This document shows, piece after piece, positions 39,401 through 47,678 of a stretch of DNA of 64,000 nt. The stretch is from Methanobacteriota archaeon (GTDB lineage: Archaea; Thermoplasmatota; Thermoplasmata; SG8-5; JAGLSY01), in the NCBI GenBank assembly GCA_020697715.1, contig JAEHCO010000002.1, positions 64,001-128,000 of the forward strand. The letters run 5' to 3'. The notes below the pieces were generated by a model. That model had not been told where the DNA came from. It did no database searches and worked only from the letters and a program-made list of their open reading frames with translations. Within the stretch, counting starts at the first letter, position 1. Each line of letters opens with the position of its first letter. The position numbers and the translations under genes are program-made.

Positions 39401-40579
39401 CTTCCTGGTGACCACCAATACCGCACCTATGGCCAGAGCGGCCAGGAACATGTAAGTAGGTGTGTCGAACCAGCTTCCAATCTGATATGATTGATAATAA
39501 TATGGATATACCAATAAGAGTGCAAGGCCAACTGTAATGAAATATGACATGAGAACACCGAGAGAATCCGTGTTCCTGAACCTATCCATAAGCAACTGGA
39601 TAAGAAGGTATACTGTCAATATCACAATAACATAGGCGTAACCCTTCCAGGTCAAAGCAACAGCGGCCAATGAGATAGCGGCCAACATCGAGTATAAGAT
39701 GGTATCCTTATTGCTACGTATAAGGTCCGGGATACCTTCCTTAATTGAATCAATTTTGAGCCAATCTTTGACCCATGTCTTTTCTTTCAGACCTTTCAAG
39801 GACTTCAAGAAGAAGTAGAAAGTTAATACAATAAAGAATAGAGCAAATGCATCGTGATCAGCATTTGTAAGAACACTACGTTGTATATGGCCAGGCATGA
39901 TAGCCAGCAGGAAGGCGGCAATATAACCGGTCTTCTTGCCAAAGGCTTCTTTTGCCAAGAAATAGGTAGGTACTATGGTCAAAGCTCCCCAGAAGGCTGT
40001 TGAGAATATGAAGACATACCAAGTGGCTTCAAAATTATCTCCTCCGAACATAGGGGTTAGAGCTATACCTCCAAGGTAGACGGACCAGTCATAAAGTGGA
40101 GGACGTGGGTTCCTTGTACCCAATGGGTAGTTGAGCATGTCATCCCAAAAGTGAAGTTCACCAGTGTCCTGAGCATGTGAAATCACAAAGTGGTGATAGT
40201 AAGAATCAGAACCCCCAGACAGCAAAAAGCCATCTTCGGTGGCAGGTTCTAGACCAAAATACGCTCTCATGAATAATCCAAGAGAGAATAATACCATCAA
40301 TATCATTATCGTTTTCCAGTTCTTATCGAGCCAGGAACCTTTCCACCTAAGGTCGATACCCATAGGTGCTTTTGCGGTTTCCTTTTTAGCAGGTTTAGAA
40401 TGCCCCTCTTCGTAATGCTTGTTCTTAAGCTTCTTCACTCCTCTGGGGAGATCTGGCTCTGGGCTGGATTCTTGGACCTTGGAATCAACACTAATATCCT
40501 CGGTCTGCTCAGGTATCTCTGCAATATCCGACGATACGGGATCTTCAGATATTTCTTCGTTTTTCTTTTTAGTAGACAT
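33458..40579 (-). CDS. aglB: Giant oligosaccharyltransferase AglB/STT3 with multiple C-terminal beta-sandwich domains (~2370 aa)
   Basis: DSYYH, DHD, TIAE, SWWDYG and VADN motifs; repeated carboxypeptidase-regulatory-like segments; C-terminal TM + KKKR; GGTGA-N4-ATG at 40579. Confidence 0.93.
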   Translation of the reverse strand: MSTKKKNEEISEDPVSSDIAEIPEQTEDISVDSKVQESSPEPDLPRGVKKLKNKHYEEGHSKPAKKETAKAPMGIDLRWKGSWLDKNWKTIMILMVLFSLGLFMRAYFGLEPATEDGFLLSGGSDSYYHHFVISHAQDTGELHFWDDMLNYPLGTRNPRPPLYDWSVYLGGIALTPMFGGDNFEATWYVFIFSTAFWGALTIVPTYFLAKEAFGKKTGYIAAFLLAIMPGHIQRSVLTNADHDAFALFFIVLTFYFFLKSLKGLKEKTWVKDWLKIDSIKEGIPDLIRSNKDTILYSMLAAISLAAVALTWKGYAYVIVILTVYLLIQLLMDRFRNTDSLGVLMSYFITVGLALLLVYPYYYQSYQIGSWFDTPTYMFLAALAIGAVLVVTRKLPWLLVIVGSLILAIIAVFVMKLAIPETYDTITNAVASGAGYFVQNKQYQTIAEAQAPPFSNLALSFGVMTFWLSFIGIAWAAYQLPKRMKFDYIFVLVWTATSIYMAINAARFMFNAAPVFAITAAWVIALIIEKLNFREFIDTQKRLVSAPIPKSFKIGLLVSGAVLLAVVAGLSTDIGIAMAVLVIGILALVSVLLMNTIAELNPNRTYYLLALLIPITGAIIYMYGFVIGNWELTSATHAFILGALLFMDIILLMIIRKSKISFVVGILFLAFAIVLPNVWTGIDAGIPYETKLTYDKQVYDTMPLFLQPESYDAINGTNWFFGAFGYSLPQNSKYYPAAYDWLATQDQDIYPPEDRPAYLSWWDYGFEAVNEGQHPTVADNFLGGHQLAGNFIMAQGEADAIALLITRIIEADWRGPMYDVAYEMSPEMIVLLDSYGLDTDRIANMLINPDEYKELIWDNPDIYSPRDEILQPENAKYLAVRGEISENLNLEQIVSLYNDIRDLSGDSIRYFAIDSRLFPFSAQNTGIFYAPAKLSDHRISSGDEGNQPYDFWQIKAVGEFGGEYDLGEIPADVNLDPNNPYKIVYQDMFYNSMLYKAFVGYSGEDVGMSNDDGGIPAVSASMTETPIMPAWNMTHFKLEHRTAYWNPYDMSNIQNHTDAWRATEYWDAYEKQTSGNGISDLSDRSSMYQGVMILKYYDGAIVSGAVTLDDGTPVEGASVTVHDNFDIPHHTVTTDAKGEYSLIVPYDDITVTVSYGELNPLTLIGSELNSTEMFIEDYQAMREEVDKNGDGIYDYMIKHDVVIPSASIDGWVYWDINGDGIYYEVDDEVLAGADVTITSDNLEYSITGVTDEDGKLVIDNFVPGPATVDISYAGRPITTVAQTYISGQSTEGLWGLEPTPLTGSVNGPEGEPVIGAEVEIWIRNEDAKITTTGDNGSFAFDNLLYGDYQIQATYEGQASSLTSIEIKHLENNSITLTLADSIMLQGTISMPSGNPAPQANIRVTFLDDGQESDILLISDEDGVFEANLDVGISMIYCSYPVDDKEYVYASRMDLFSDATADIILLEGVKVKGDVVRTNVDLPIANQAIYMKSVDDDFLITAISNEEGSFSINIPPGVYDIYSSDIYASEEYVHASRQTFNANNDEITISLEEAFKNTMAIFRDINGDGEIQAGEGIEGATIYYKLDNGQVITSVSDINGIANRSLYTNIYYTIEVVKEGYHTLDLGRMSHSTMMETAFIEELIPEIIPVTGTVYYDDELLLNENAFIQFTSAIEDGGVDNSVQMETDGTFTTELVPGLYVVNIEKNTTLDNDTEILQIEEEFVMFTGLYTGSDIEMNLTVQKRIKFNMELLLEGAPTAGNVSFIGPEYMSADIESGGMDLYLVPGDYIVQAHFAEGENIFMECDVFNVSAMAEISVSLKPAFELSGQVTYGIDTFEGHEIVFTDLSNDDVIYAVTDENSDYSVYLVSGKNYRIDIGFLSQSEDSGLTTTYKYYLNEEDSTDNVTISTMVGTSVMKDLDLQRKEFLIDISGNITLDNGDSGANTEIVFRSSRETYRVTSDMDGHYEFMIQPGPYDIYAHDPASNDVYLDSVDLYVYDKIIMNMTLDKGYGVSGEVYFNLNQHKETMLDFRTTSGSINITTDSDGHYNIWLPDDTYDVSGDLTNVENNIDVVYTLDTQIEVIDDLRKNLPLTKIESFDIAVSSTPLFTGVISPTTVVEYEIIIENLGNAPDTYDIIINGGGADWSPTVSESRIDLDFGAKRTITAQFTVTEGSLVKHDPVVVTVASMKSAGLQKTTTLDISIEHVYELNVMGSPIPITMDGQTLNWNVNINNNGNIDDNVRVYIVNQEELETNGWDVKFTSGDLSADGTEVFNVSILANGNAVLPITLEQISDNPYRTVSLMIGTTSQDDTSVYDSESLLVSYPDIDMNKGDITITGDSIHDVSTENPIIGGVITVISVTFGLIMFYVMKKKRWLR

Positions 40580-40717
40580 AGTCTCACCGAAATTCGACGG
40601 AATTGTCCTTCTTCCGTTGTTCGAATGAATATATTTAGTTATTATTGGGTTATCGTCGCTGAAATATGCGCCTTTATAAATACTTATGTATGAATTATAA
40701 GGATATATCCACATAAT

Positions 40718-41416
40718 CTATAGTTTCTTGGATATAATATTAACATAGGCAGCCCATTTTCTGCTTTTTTGGGAGGATGAGAGCAGCCGATTATCCATTC
40801 TGAAGGCCACGCGTGATAATGCCCTTGTGATCCCTTTCAAAGGCCCGGGCATTCTGGGAACTATATGCGGCATTAGATAGAAGGTTATGAAATGATGATC
40901 GATCCTCTCAGTCTTGAAATATCGTTCAACAACTGCTTCCAGATCCTTGAAGGGAAGTGGTCTTTCACCTTCATCATGATGGGTGGTCGTTATCCTTTTC
41001 CTGACCATATTGGCAAAAGGGTTCTTATCCAGGGGTTCTTGAATTATCAAAAAACCACCAGGTCTTAACACTCGATATACTTCCTTCATGGCTTTATCCA
41101 GCTCATTGGGAACATGATGTAGCATGGCGTGAACTGTTATCAGGTCTGCGGATGAATCCTTGAATGGAAGGTCCAGTCCACTGCCTTCGATATGCTCTAC
41201 TCCATTATCCACCACTCTTGGTTCGAGGTCTATGCATATGACCCTGGCTTTTGGATGGCTAGACCTTGCTAAATTGCCAAAACCACCACTTCCCCCACCA
41301 ATATCGATGATCAGATCACACTTCTCCGATCTGGCAGATACTTCGCCTGGCACATCGTTAAGTGCCTTCCAACCCAAGCGGTTGAGTTCAGGATCGACCT
41401 TCCAATCAACTTCCAT
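40718..41416 (-). CDS. Class I SAM-dependent methyltransferase
   Basis: IDIGGGSG, LPFKDSSAD, LHH, RVLRPGG. Confidence 0.88.
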   Translation of the reverse strand: MEVDWKVDPELNRLGWKALNDVPGEVSARSEKCDLIIDIGGGSGGFGNLARSSHPKARVICIDLEPRVVDNGVEHIEGSGLDLPFKDSSADLITVHAMLHHVPNELDKAMKEVYRVLRPGGFLIIQEPLDKNPFANMVRKRITTTHHDEGERPLPFKDLEAVVERYFKTERIDHHFITFYLMPHIVPRMPGPLKGITRALSRVAFRMDNRLLSSSQKSRKWAAYVNIISKKL

Positions 41417-41610
41417 TTTGTCTCCAGCACAACAAAGGAGATGTTTGATATTTATATCTATCTAACTAATAATAATTGATCATGCACAATGAACATACAT
41501 ATTCGGTATGCGGATATGTATGCGAGGATGCATGTGAATTGGTTTGTCGTGATGCTGTGATTCTACAATAGGTATTTATCCCTCCTGTATGATGAGGGTA
41601 TGGTGTTTAT

Positions 41611-42315
41611 TTGTCGAGTAAGCCAAGAATAAAAACATACATTCAGGGATTGGATGAGCAATTGAACGGTGGAGTGCCGGTAGGACATGTTTGCCTTGTA
41701 TCTGGGATGCCAGGAACAATGAAATCATCTGTAACTTACAGTATCTTACACAATAATGCGAAGCATGAGGGGAAGAAAGGACTTTACATTTCATTAGAGC
41801 AAGGCCGTGACTCTTTGATCGAGCATATGGATGGTCTTGGCATGCCTATTGAAGAAGTAGAGAGCCTGGTGAATATCGTTGATATCGGATATCTGAGATT
41901 GAACATGGACACCTCATCGGAACAACAGAGCTGGATGCGTATCTTCAAGATGTACGCGGAGAACCTCCATGTTAGCAATGAATATGAGATATTGATATGC
42001 GATTCATTGCCTGTTTTGGAATTACTGGCAGATGTTGACAATCGCAGAGCGGAACTGTTCCATTTCTTCGGCTGGCTCAGAGAATTGGGTGTCACCACCT
42101 TCCTTATTGCCGAGGCTTCGGATCAGGCCAATGTCGTGCATGACGAGGACTTCCTGGCAGATGGTATTATCCGACTAAGAAAGGAACAGATGGGATACGA
42201 TGTCAGCAGGCAGATAGTCATTGACAAGATGAGGACGACCAAGCACAATACTGGCTACTTCAGTCTGATGCTCGATGGGGAGCCCTTCTCGATAACTCGG
42301 GTTATTGGAGATTAG
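41611..42315 (+). CDS. KaiC/RAD55-like single-domain ATPase
   Basis: GLDEQLNGGVP, GMPGTMKS, YISLE, FLADGII, KMRTT; TTG start after GGTGT-N4. Confidence 0.9.
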   Translation: MSSKPRIKTYIQGLDEQLNGGVPVGHVCLVSGMPGTMKSSVTYSILHNNAKHEGKKGLYISLEQGRDSLIEHMDGLGMPIEEVESLVNIVDIGYLRLNMDTSSEQQSWMRIFKMYAENLHVSNEYEILICDSLPVLELLADVDNRRAELFHFFGWLRELGVTTFLIAEASDQANVVHDEDFLADGIIRLRKEQMGYDVSRQIVIDKMRTTKHNTGYFSLMLDGEPFSITRVIGD

Positions 42316-42368
42316 GCCACCCTGTCAAAAATTGTTAGAAATAAAGATAAAGAATAGCGAGAGCTCTA

Positions 42369-45257
42369 TTATTCAACATAAATAGCTGGCTTGAATGGGA
42401 ATGCCCCGCCTTTCTTGTTCTGCGGGTCATAGATATCATCGCTGTCAGCCTGGAAGGCCATTATCTCGCATTTGAACTCGCGAGATAGGAAGCCAGATGC
42501 TGAGCACAGCACGGCCGACTCATCAAATCCCTCTGTTATCTTCTTCTTATCGCTATCACTGAACTTGCTGGCATCCTTCATTATTCGTCCAGCAAAGGCA
42601 CTCGCTTCTTTTGACCTCTGTTTCATATCAGGGTCAGCCATGGCGCTTTTCATCAACTGGCCCATGTCTATTCTACCATTCTGGAGGATGTCAAGGCCCA
42701 TTTTGAAGAGGGACTTTTTCCATGTCGGGGCGGTGTATAGGCATATACGGTTTGGTGTCATGCCAGTCATTTTCAAAATGCCAGATATATCAGATTGCAG
42801 GGCGCGAACATAATCCTCGCCCATCAGTACTCCTTCATCCATCTCGAACTCACTCTCATTAGGGAAGCTGGCTATCGACACAAGGTCGTTGTTTCCAAGC
42901 ATCTCCCACAGCTCCTCGCCCATATGTGGTGTGAAAGGTGCCATGAGGCGTGTCCAGGCTCCCAGAACTTTCCTTATCAGTTCTGGATTATTTCCTCCAC
43001 GCCTCGTGTACCATTTCATATCAGCCATGATCTCGAAGAATATACGATTGGATGCTTCTCTCAGCTCGAACTTGTCAAGTGCGGTTCTCGCATAATTGAT
43101 ATTGCTGGCCATTCGCGAGCTCAGCCAGGAGTCGAGGTATTCATCAGGTTCGCCCTCGACACCCATCAGCTCATTGGCCAGGTTCCAGACGCGGTCCATC
43201 CTCTGCCTGCTATTGTGGACATTTGCCTCGTCCCACTCCACATCGACAAAAGGATTGGCGATATGCGAATAGTAAAGCCGCATTCCATCCACCGTGAACT
43301 TGCTGGCTGCATCCGGGATCGGCTCGGCCCCTCCCTTAGACTTGCTCATCTTCCCACTCTTGCCGGATATCCACCAGTTGACGAGAATTCCCTGTGGCCA
43401 GTGTTTTTCCGGCATGATGGCCGCATGGTTCATCAGGAATAATGGGAAGTGCACGGTCATGTGCTCCTTGCCGCCCAGATTGAAGTCCAGGGGATACCAG
43501 TATTCGAAATCACCGCGCACCCTGTTCAGGGTCTCGATTGATATGCCAGTGTCATTTGACACACTGGCATCTTCTCCTTTTCCAAGGAAAACGAAATTGA
43601 AGAAAGTGTCATCCAGCTGATCTTCTTTAATTTGGCCATTATTAATATAAGGCGTTATTATATAAAAAGCAGAATATAATGTAGAATCTGATATTGGCTC
43701 GATTATCCAGCGGTCGTCCATTGGCAGGCGTGTACCCAGCCAATTTCCAAGTCTGGCGCATGCCCTTTCCTTGAACCAATCAAGAGCGCCAGGCATATTG
43801 TCCTTGTATTCCTGGGGCATGATGTTCATCTTGGGGACAAAAGCCTTCGCGGCCTCTGTGACTTCTTCATTGCCATAATCGATGAACCACTGGTCTGGTA
43901 TCTTCTTCATGATCACCTTCTCACCGCACCGGCAGATGACTGGCTCAGAAAGATCGTGCATGATATCGGCAACGCCGATGTCCAACATCATTTCTTTAAC
44001 TTGATCCTTGGCAACACTGACCGTCAAGCCAGCGTATTCTCCGCAGATCTCGCGCATGATGCCAGTGTGGAATCCTGCTTTGTAGATCTCTTTGGTCGCT
44101 TCCTCAAGTCTAGGATCGTTCTGGTCTGTTATCCCCATCTTTTCCACTATCTCAACACCTGGATTGTCGCCGTAACCCTTGGACTTGATTATCGGAATAG
44201 GTTCGATGGCCTTGACCATGGCATTGTCGATCCCGAACTTCTTGCAAGTATCTGGATCATTCTTCAGGTCCACCAGGGCGATCCAATCATAAGGCGCGTC
44301 CGAAGGCACGCTCGTTACAAGGCCAGTCCCATAATCCGGGTCTGTGAATGAAGATGGAAGAATAGGAATATCACGCTCGATAACTGGAGCCGTCACTATC
44401 TTGCCGATGATCTCGGATGCTGGAACCTTGCAAATTATCTCGACATCATCCTTCTGGAAGCTCAGCTTCTCCGCTCCCTGCGGGCTGACGATCCAGGTTT
44501 CCCCATCCACCCTGGCCTTGACATATTCAACATCTGGGTTGGCCCAGAAGTTGGTCTGGCCGTAAACTGTTTCCGGCCTGAGTGTGGCAGCCACCACGAA
44601 CTCATCCCCCATCTTGAACTTCAGAAGCGTCCATTCCTGCTTCTCAGCACCGCCTCCTTGTGAGATATCTGTCTCGGAAGCATCGACCGCAACGGGTCCG
44701 CAATTCAAACATGCGGAGCCGAAATATGGCTTCTGGATAAGCATGCCAGCCTTGTCCAGTTTCCTGAACTGCCATTGGATGAATTTCTGGTATCCAGGGT
44801 CGATGGTCGTAGTAAAACAATCATAAGTCGCGAGGAATCCGAACTTCTTCCAGTAATCGTCAATGTATATCTGGCTGAAGAATTTGACCACCTCGAGAGG
44901 GTCTTTCAATCTCTCGATGTCGTCGTCATTGCATCCATTGTCCTTCAGCATCTCGATATGCCCCGGGATCTGCCTTTCGATCTTTCTGGAAAAGGCTGGT
45001 GCGATATTACCACTGGGGTGGGCGCCAACTGGAAAGAGCACATTGTAGCCGTCCATGCGCTTGTACCTGGTTATCACATCCGAGTAGGTGTAGCCACGCA
45101 TATGGCCCACATGCAGGTATCCGGACATTCCAGGGTATGCGAACATCAGGAAGAACTTCTTCTGATCTGGCTTTGGCTGGGGGTGGCATATGTCTGAATC
45201 AAACCACTTCTTCTGCCATTTTGCCTCCACTTCGGAAGCAATGTATTCTCTTTCCAT
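42369..45257 (-). CDS. leuS: Leucine--tRNA ligase (archaeal type)
   Basis: HVGH and KMSKS; ATLRPET and GTGLVTSVPSDAP editing domain; KPAIYVE. Confidence 0.97.
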   Translation of the reverse strand: MEREYIASEVEAKWQKKWFDSDICHPQPKPDQKKFFLMFAYPGMSGYLHVGHMRGYTYSDVITRYKRMDGYNVLFPVGAHPSGNIAPAFSRKIERQIPGHIEMLKDNGCNDDDIERLKDPLEVVKFFSQIYIDDYWKKFGFLATYDCFTTTIDPGYQKFIQWQFRKLDKAGMLIQKPYFGSACLNCGPVAVDASETDISQGGGAEKQEWTLLKFKMGDEFVVAATLRPETVYGQTNFWANPDVEYVKARVDGETWIVSPQGAEKLSFQKDDVEIICKVPASEIIGKIVTAPVIERDIPILPSSFTDPDYGTGLVTSVPSDAPYDWIALVDLKNDPDTCKKFGIDNAMVKAIEPIPIIKSKGYGDNPGVEIVEKMGITDQNDPRLEEATKEIYKAGFHTGIMREICGEYAGLTVSVAKDQVKEMMLDIGVADIMHDLSEPVICRCGEKVIMKKIPDQWFIDYGNEEVTEAAKAFVPKMNIMPQEYKDNMPGALDWFKERACARLGNWLGTRLPMDDRWIIEPISDSTLYSAFYIITPYINNGQIKEDQLDDTFFNFVFLGKGEDASVSNDTGISIETLNRVRGDFEYWYPLDFNLGGKEHMTVHFPLFLMNHAAIMPEKHWPQGILVNWWISGKSGKMSKSKGGAEPIPDAASKFTVDGMRLYYSHIANPFVDVEWDEANVHNSRQRMDRVWNLANELMGVEGEPDEYLDSWLSSRMASNINYARTALDKFELREASNRIFFEIMADMKWYTRRGGNNPELIRKVLGAWTRLMAPFTPHMGEELWEMLGNNDLVSIASFPNESEFEMDEGVLMGEDYVRALQSDISGILKMTGMTPNRICLYTAPTWKKSLFKMGLDILQNGRIDMGQLMKSAMADPDMKQRSKEASAFAGRIMKDASKFSDSDKKKITEGFDESAVLCSASGFLSREFKCEIMAFQADSDDIYDPQNKKGGAFPFKPAIYVE

Positions 45258-45341
45258 CAGAACAGGAGAAATGGAAGTTGCTAAAAAAAGGTTGCTATCG
45301 TAAGATTATTAAGGATAGTTGACAATATTGTATATGATAAT

Positions 45342-45650
45342 ATGGCGAAAAAAGAAGACACCCAGCAGGAATTGATAGTTCTGAAAAACGATGCGGAGTT
45401 CATCCTCTCATGCCTCGAACCCTTTAAAGAAGGCTTCGTATCTGGCTACTCCTGGGGCAGGCTCCCACGCGAGAATATGAAGAAGATCGTCATGCTCTAC
45501 AATGACATACTGGTCAAGGCGCAGAAATTACTGAAATCCGAGAAGACCATACAGGGTTTGGAAAAGGTTGACATCGAGGATTTCAATGAATTTGATCTGT
45601 TGATAAATGTGGCCATACTCCATAACCATATTTTCATCATTGATCCATAG
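45342..45650 (+). CDS. Hypothetical protein
   Basis: 102-aa ORF divergent from leuS; no recognisable motif. Confidence 0.65.
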   Translation: MAKKEDTQQELIVLKNDAEFILSCLEPFKEGFVSGYSWGRLPRENMKKIVMLYNDILVKAQKLLKSEKTIQGLEKVDIEDFNEFDLLINVAILHNHIFIIDP

Positions 45651-45668
45651 GGTACAAGAGCATTTTAC

Positions 45669-45809
45669 ATTCAAGCATGCCCCGTCTGAATGACAGCATC
45701 CTGTCATCTGGAGGGCGGGGTACTCTCAGTATTTTCCCAGTGAGTGACAGTTGCGATGTGCCAGTAGGAAGATAAACTCCTCGCTTTCAAAGGCGAGGAG
45801 TCAATTCAA
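45669..45809 (+). mobile_element. Putative non-autonomous IS200/IS605-family miniature element (PATE-like)
   Basis: TTAC at 45665-45668, hairpin GCCCCGTC...GGCGGGGT, second hairpin ACTCCTCGC/GCGAGGAGT, ending in TCAA; no ORF. Confidence 0.45.
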
Positions 45810-45928
45810 ACCCCGGTTGGAGTCTTTATTTGCGTAAATTTCGCAAATAATTAGTTCGAGACGCAAAGCGATTCGAACTAAGAACGATGGCCGGGGTCCT
45901 TATCCACACCCAGCTTAATAGCCCAATT

Positions 45929-47470
45929 CTATTTCTTCACCTGGTAGATAACATCAATAACAGTGCCATCCCTGTACGCGATAATGGCAACAACCCGATC
46001 AGTGTAATTTGGCTCGGGTGCTTTTCCTCCGGCTTTCTGCTCCGCTATCTTGGCCAGGTCCTGAATGTCGATAACATTCAGGTTTGCTTCCTTCGCCATC
46101 TCGATCATGTCATCCCGTAGAGGATTTATCGCGATGCCAGCTTCCGTAACTATTGCATCGATCGTTTCTCCGGGAGTTGTCACATTGGTAACTCGCTCCA
46201 TCACTATCGGGTTGGTCTTTCGATGGGTTGGGCAGGTTATGATCGTCATCTTGGAGCCAGCGGCGACGTCCTGGTGGCCGCCAATTCCATGCAGCAGATA
46301 TCCGTCTGAATGGGTGTTCACATTGACATTGAAGTCGATGTCAACTTCTGTCGCGCCCAAGAAAGCCAAGTCCACCATATTGACGAGCTGGCCTCGATTG
46401 AAGGGGTTGGCATAAAAGTCAGGCTCAATTTCATGATGTTTTGGATTGCTGTTCAATGACTGGATACTGGGTATGTCAAAGCTCTGTGTGTCCAGTATCT
46501 TCTCGATGAGCCCCTCTTCCAGCATCTTGACGATGTGACCGGTTATTCCGCCGTGGGCGAAACCGGCCTTGATATTCTTCTTCTTCATCTTTTCTCTGAT
46601 AAAATCTAGGGCGGCCAGTGATATTCCTCCGGCTCCTGCCTGGAATGAAAAACCATTCTTGATAACACCGCAAGCGTCCGCGAGTTCCACGGTCTGGCGT
46701 GCGATATCCAGACGCATTGGATCTGTTGTCGGTTGCATGGTGCCAGTGGCGATACCCGCTGGATCTCCAATGGAATCAACTTTAACAACCCAATCAACAT
46801 AAACTTGAGAAATCACCGGGGGCATGACCGGATATGGCTGAATATTATCCGTGACGACAACTGTATTCTTCGCGTATCGGGAGTCGGCCAGTGCATAGCC
46901 CAAAGGCCCACAAGCGGACTTTCCTTCGCGACCATTCGCATTGCCGTATGCATCGGCAATGGGAGCCCCGACGAAGGCCGTGTCTATCTTCAGCGCGCCT
47001 ATGTGGATGGCGCGGACACGACTGCCATGTGATCGGAGAACCGCGAGGTCGTGCATCTTTCCTTCGGAGACCGTCCTGCCCACCGGGCCGTTCATACTGC
47101 CCTCGATGGACGATATGGTGCCGTTCTCTATCATCTTCACTATGGGTTCATGTACGGAGAATAACGCGCTCTGTGCCAGTTTAAGGCCCTTTAAACCGCG
47201 TTTTTGGGCTACATCCATCACCATGTTGATGACATGGTCGCCGTTCCTCAGGTGATGGTGGAAGGATAAGCATGCGCCGTGGGTGATGCCGCATTTGTCA
47301 AATGAATCGTCTATGCTGGCTACCATTTTATCCGGTGCATAGCTGGTGGGTTTCAAAGGCAGGGGGACCTTCCAGCCCCTGGCGTGTCTCTCAAAAGCCC
47401 CTTTGTAAGGTACAAGATGTCTTCCTCCGACTATCGATGGTATCTCCCGGCCTACTGCATTGACTGGCAT
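45929..47470 (-). CDS. citF: Citrate lyase alpha-subunit-like CoA-transferase, paralog 2
   Basis: NAVGREIP, SFHHHLRNGD, RSHG.R, GPLGYA, FQAGAGG, GATEVD.DFNVNV.THSDG...GIGGHQD, YRDGTVID. Confidence 0.92.
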   Translation of the reverse strand: MPVNAVGREIPSIVGGRHLVPYKGAFERHARGWKVPLPLKPTSYAPDKMVASIDDSFDKCGITHGACLSFHHHLRNGDHVINMVMDVAQKRGLKGLKLAQSALFSVHEPIVKMIENGTISSIEGSMNGPVGRTVSEGKMHDLAVLRSHGSRVRAIHIGALKIDTAFVGAPIADAYGNANGREGKSACGPLGYALADSRYAKNTVVVTDNIQPYPVMPPVISQVYVDWVVKVDSIGDPAGIATGTMQPTTDPMRLDIARQTVELADACGVIKNGFSFQAGAGGISLAALDFIREKMKKKNIKAGFAHGGITGHIVKMLEEGLIEKILDTQSFDIPSIQSLNSNPKHHEIEPDFYANPFNRGQLVNMVDLAFLGATEVDIDFNVNVNTHSDGYLLHGIGGHQDVAAGSKMTIITCPTHRKTNPIVMERVTNVTTPGETIDAIVTEAGIAINPLRDDMIEMAKEANLNVIDIQDLAKIAEQKAGGKAPEPNYTDRVVAIIAYRDGTVIDVIYQVKK

Positions 47471-47547
47471 TCTTTTTTCACCCCCACTTTTTTCTTTACC
47501 CTCGCTGTGCTGGGCCGGGCTCCAAAGAAAAAAGACGGACAAAATAA

Positions 47548-47582
47548 GAAACTCGCCCGACCCTGCTCGCTCGGGAATTGCC
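47548..47582 (-). repeat. Intergenic repeat family, minimal copy B
   Basis: GGCAATTCCCGAGCGAGCAGG-GTCG-GGCGAGTTTC on the minus strand. Confidence 0.6.
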
Positions 47583-47678
47583 AATTGTCAATCGCCCTAA
47601 CATGGAGAGCCCGTTCGCTTCCTTCATTGGATGAAATTGATGTGTTACTTGAGATATAGGTCATGTCATTGCCTCTGG

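Noticed and set aside
33458-40579. Intein or stop-codon readthrough explaining the AglB length
   Set aside because: No intein splice or LAGLIDADG motifs and no in-frame stops; the extra length is beta-sandwich repeats.
47471-47678. Hidden citD (ACP) gene between ccl and citF, and N-terminal extension of citF to 47584
   Set aside because: No CitD-like ORF fits. The paralog alignment and a GGTGA SD put the start at 47470.
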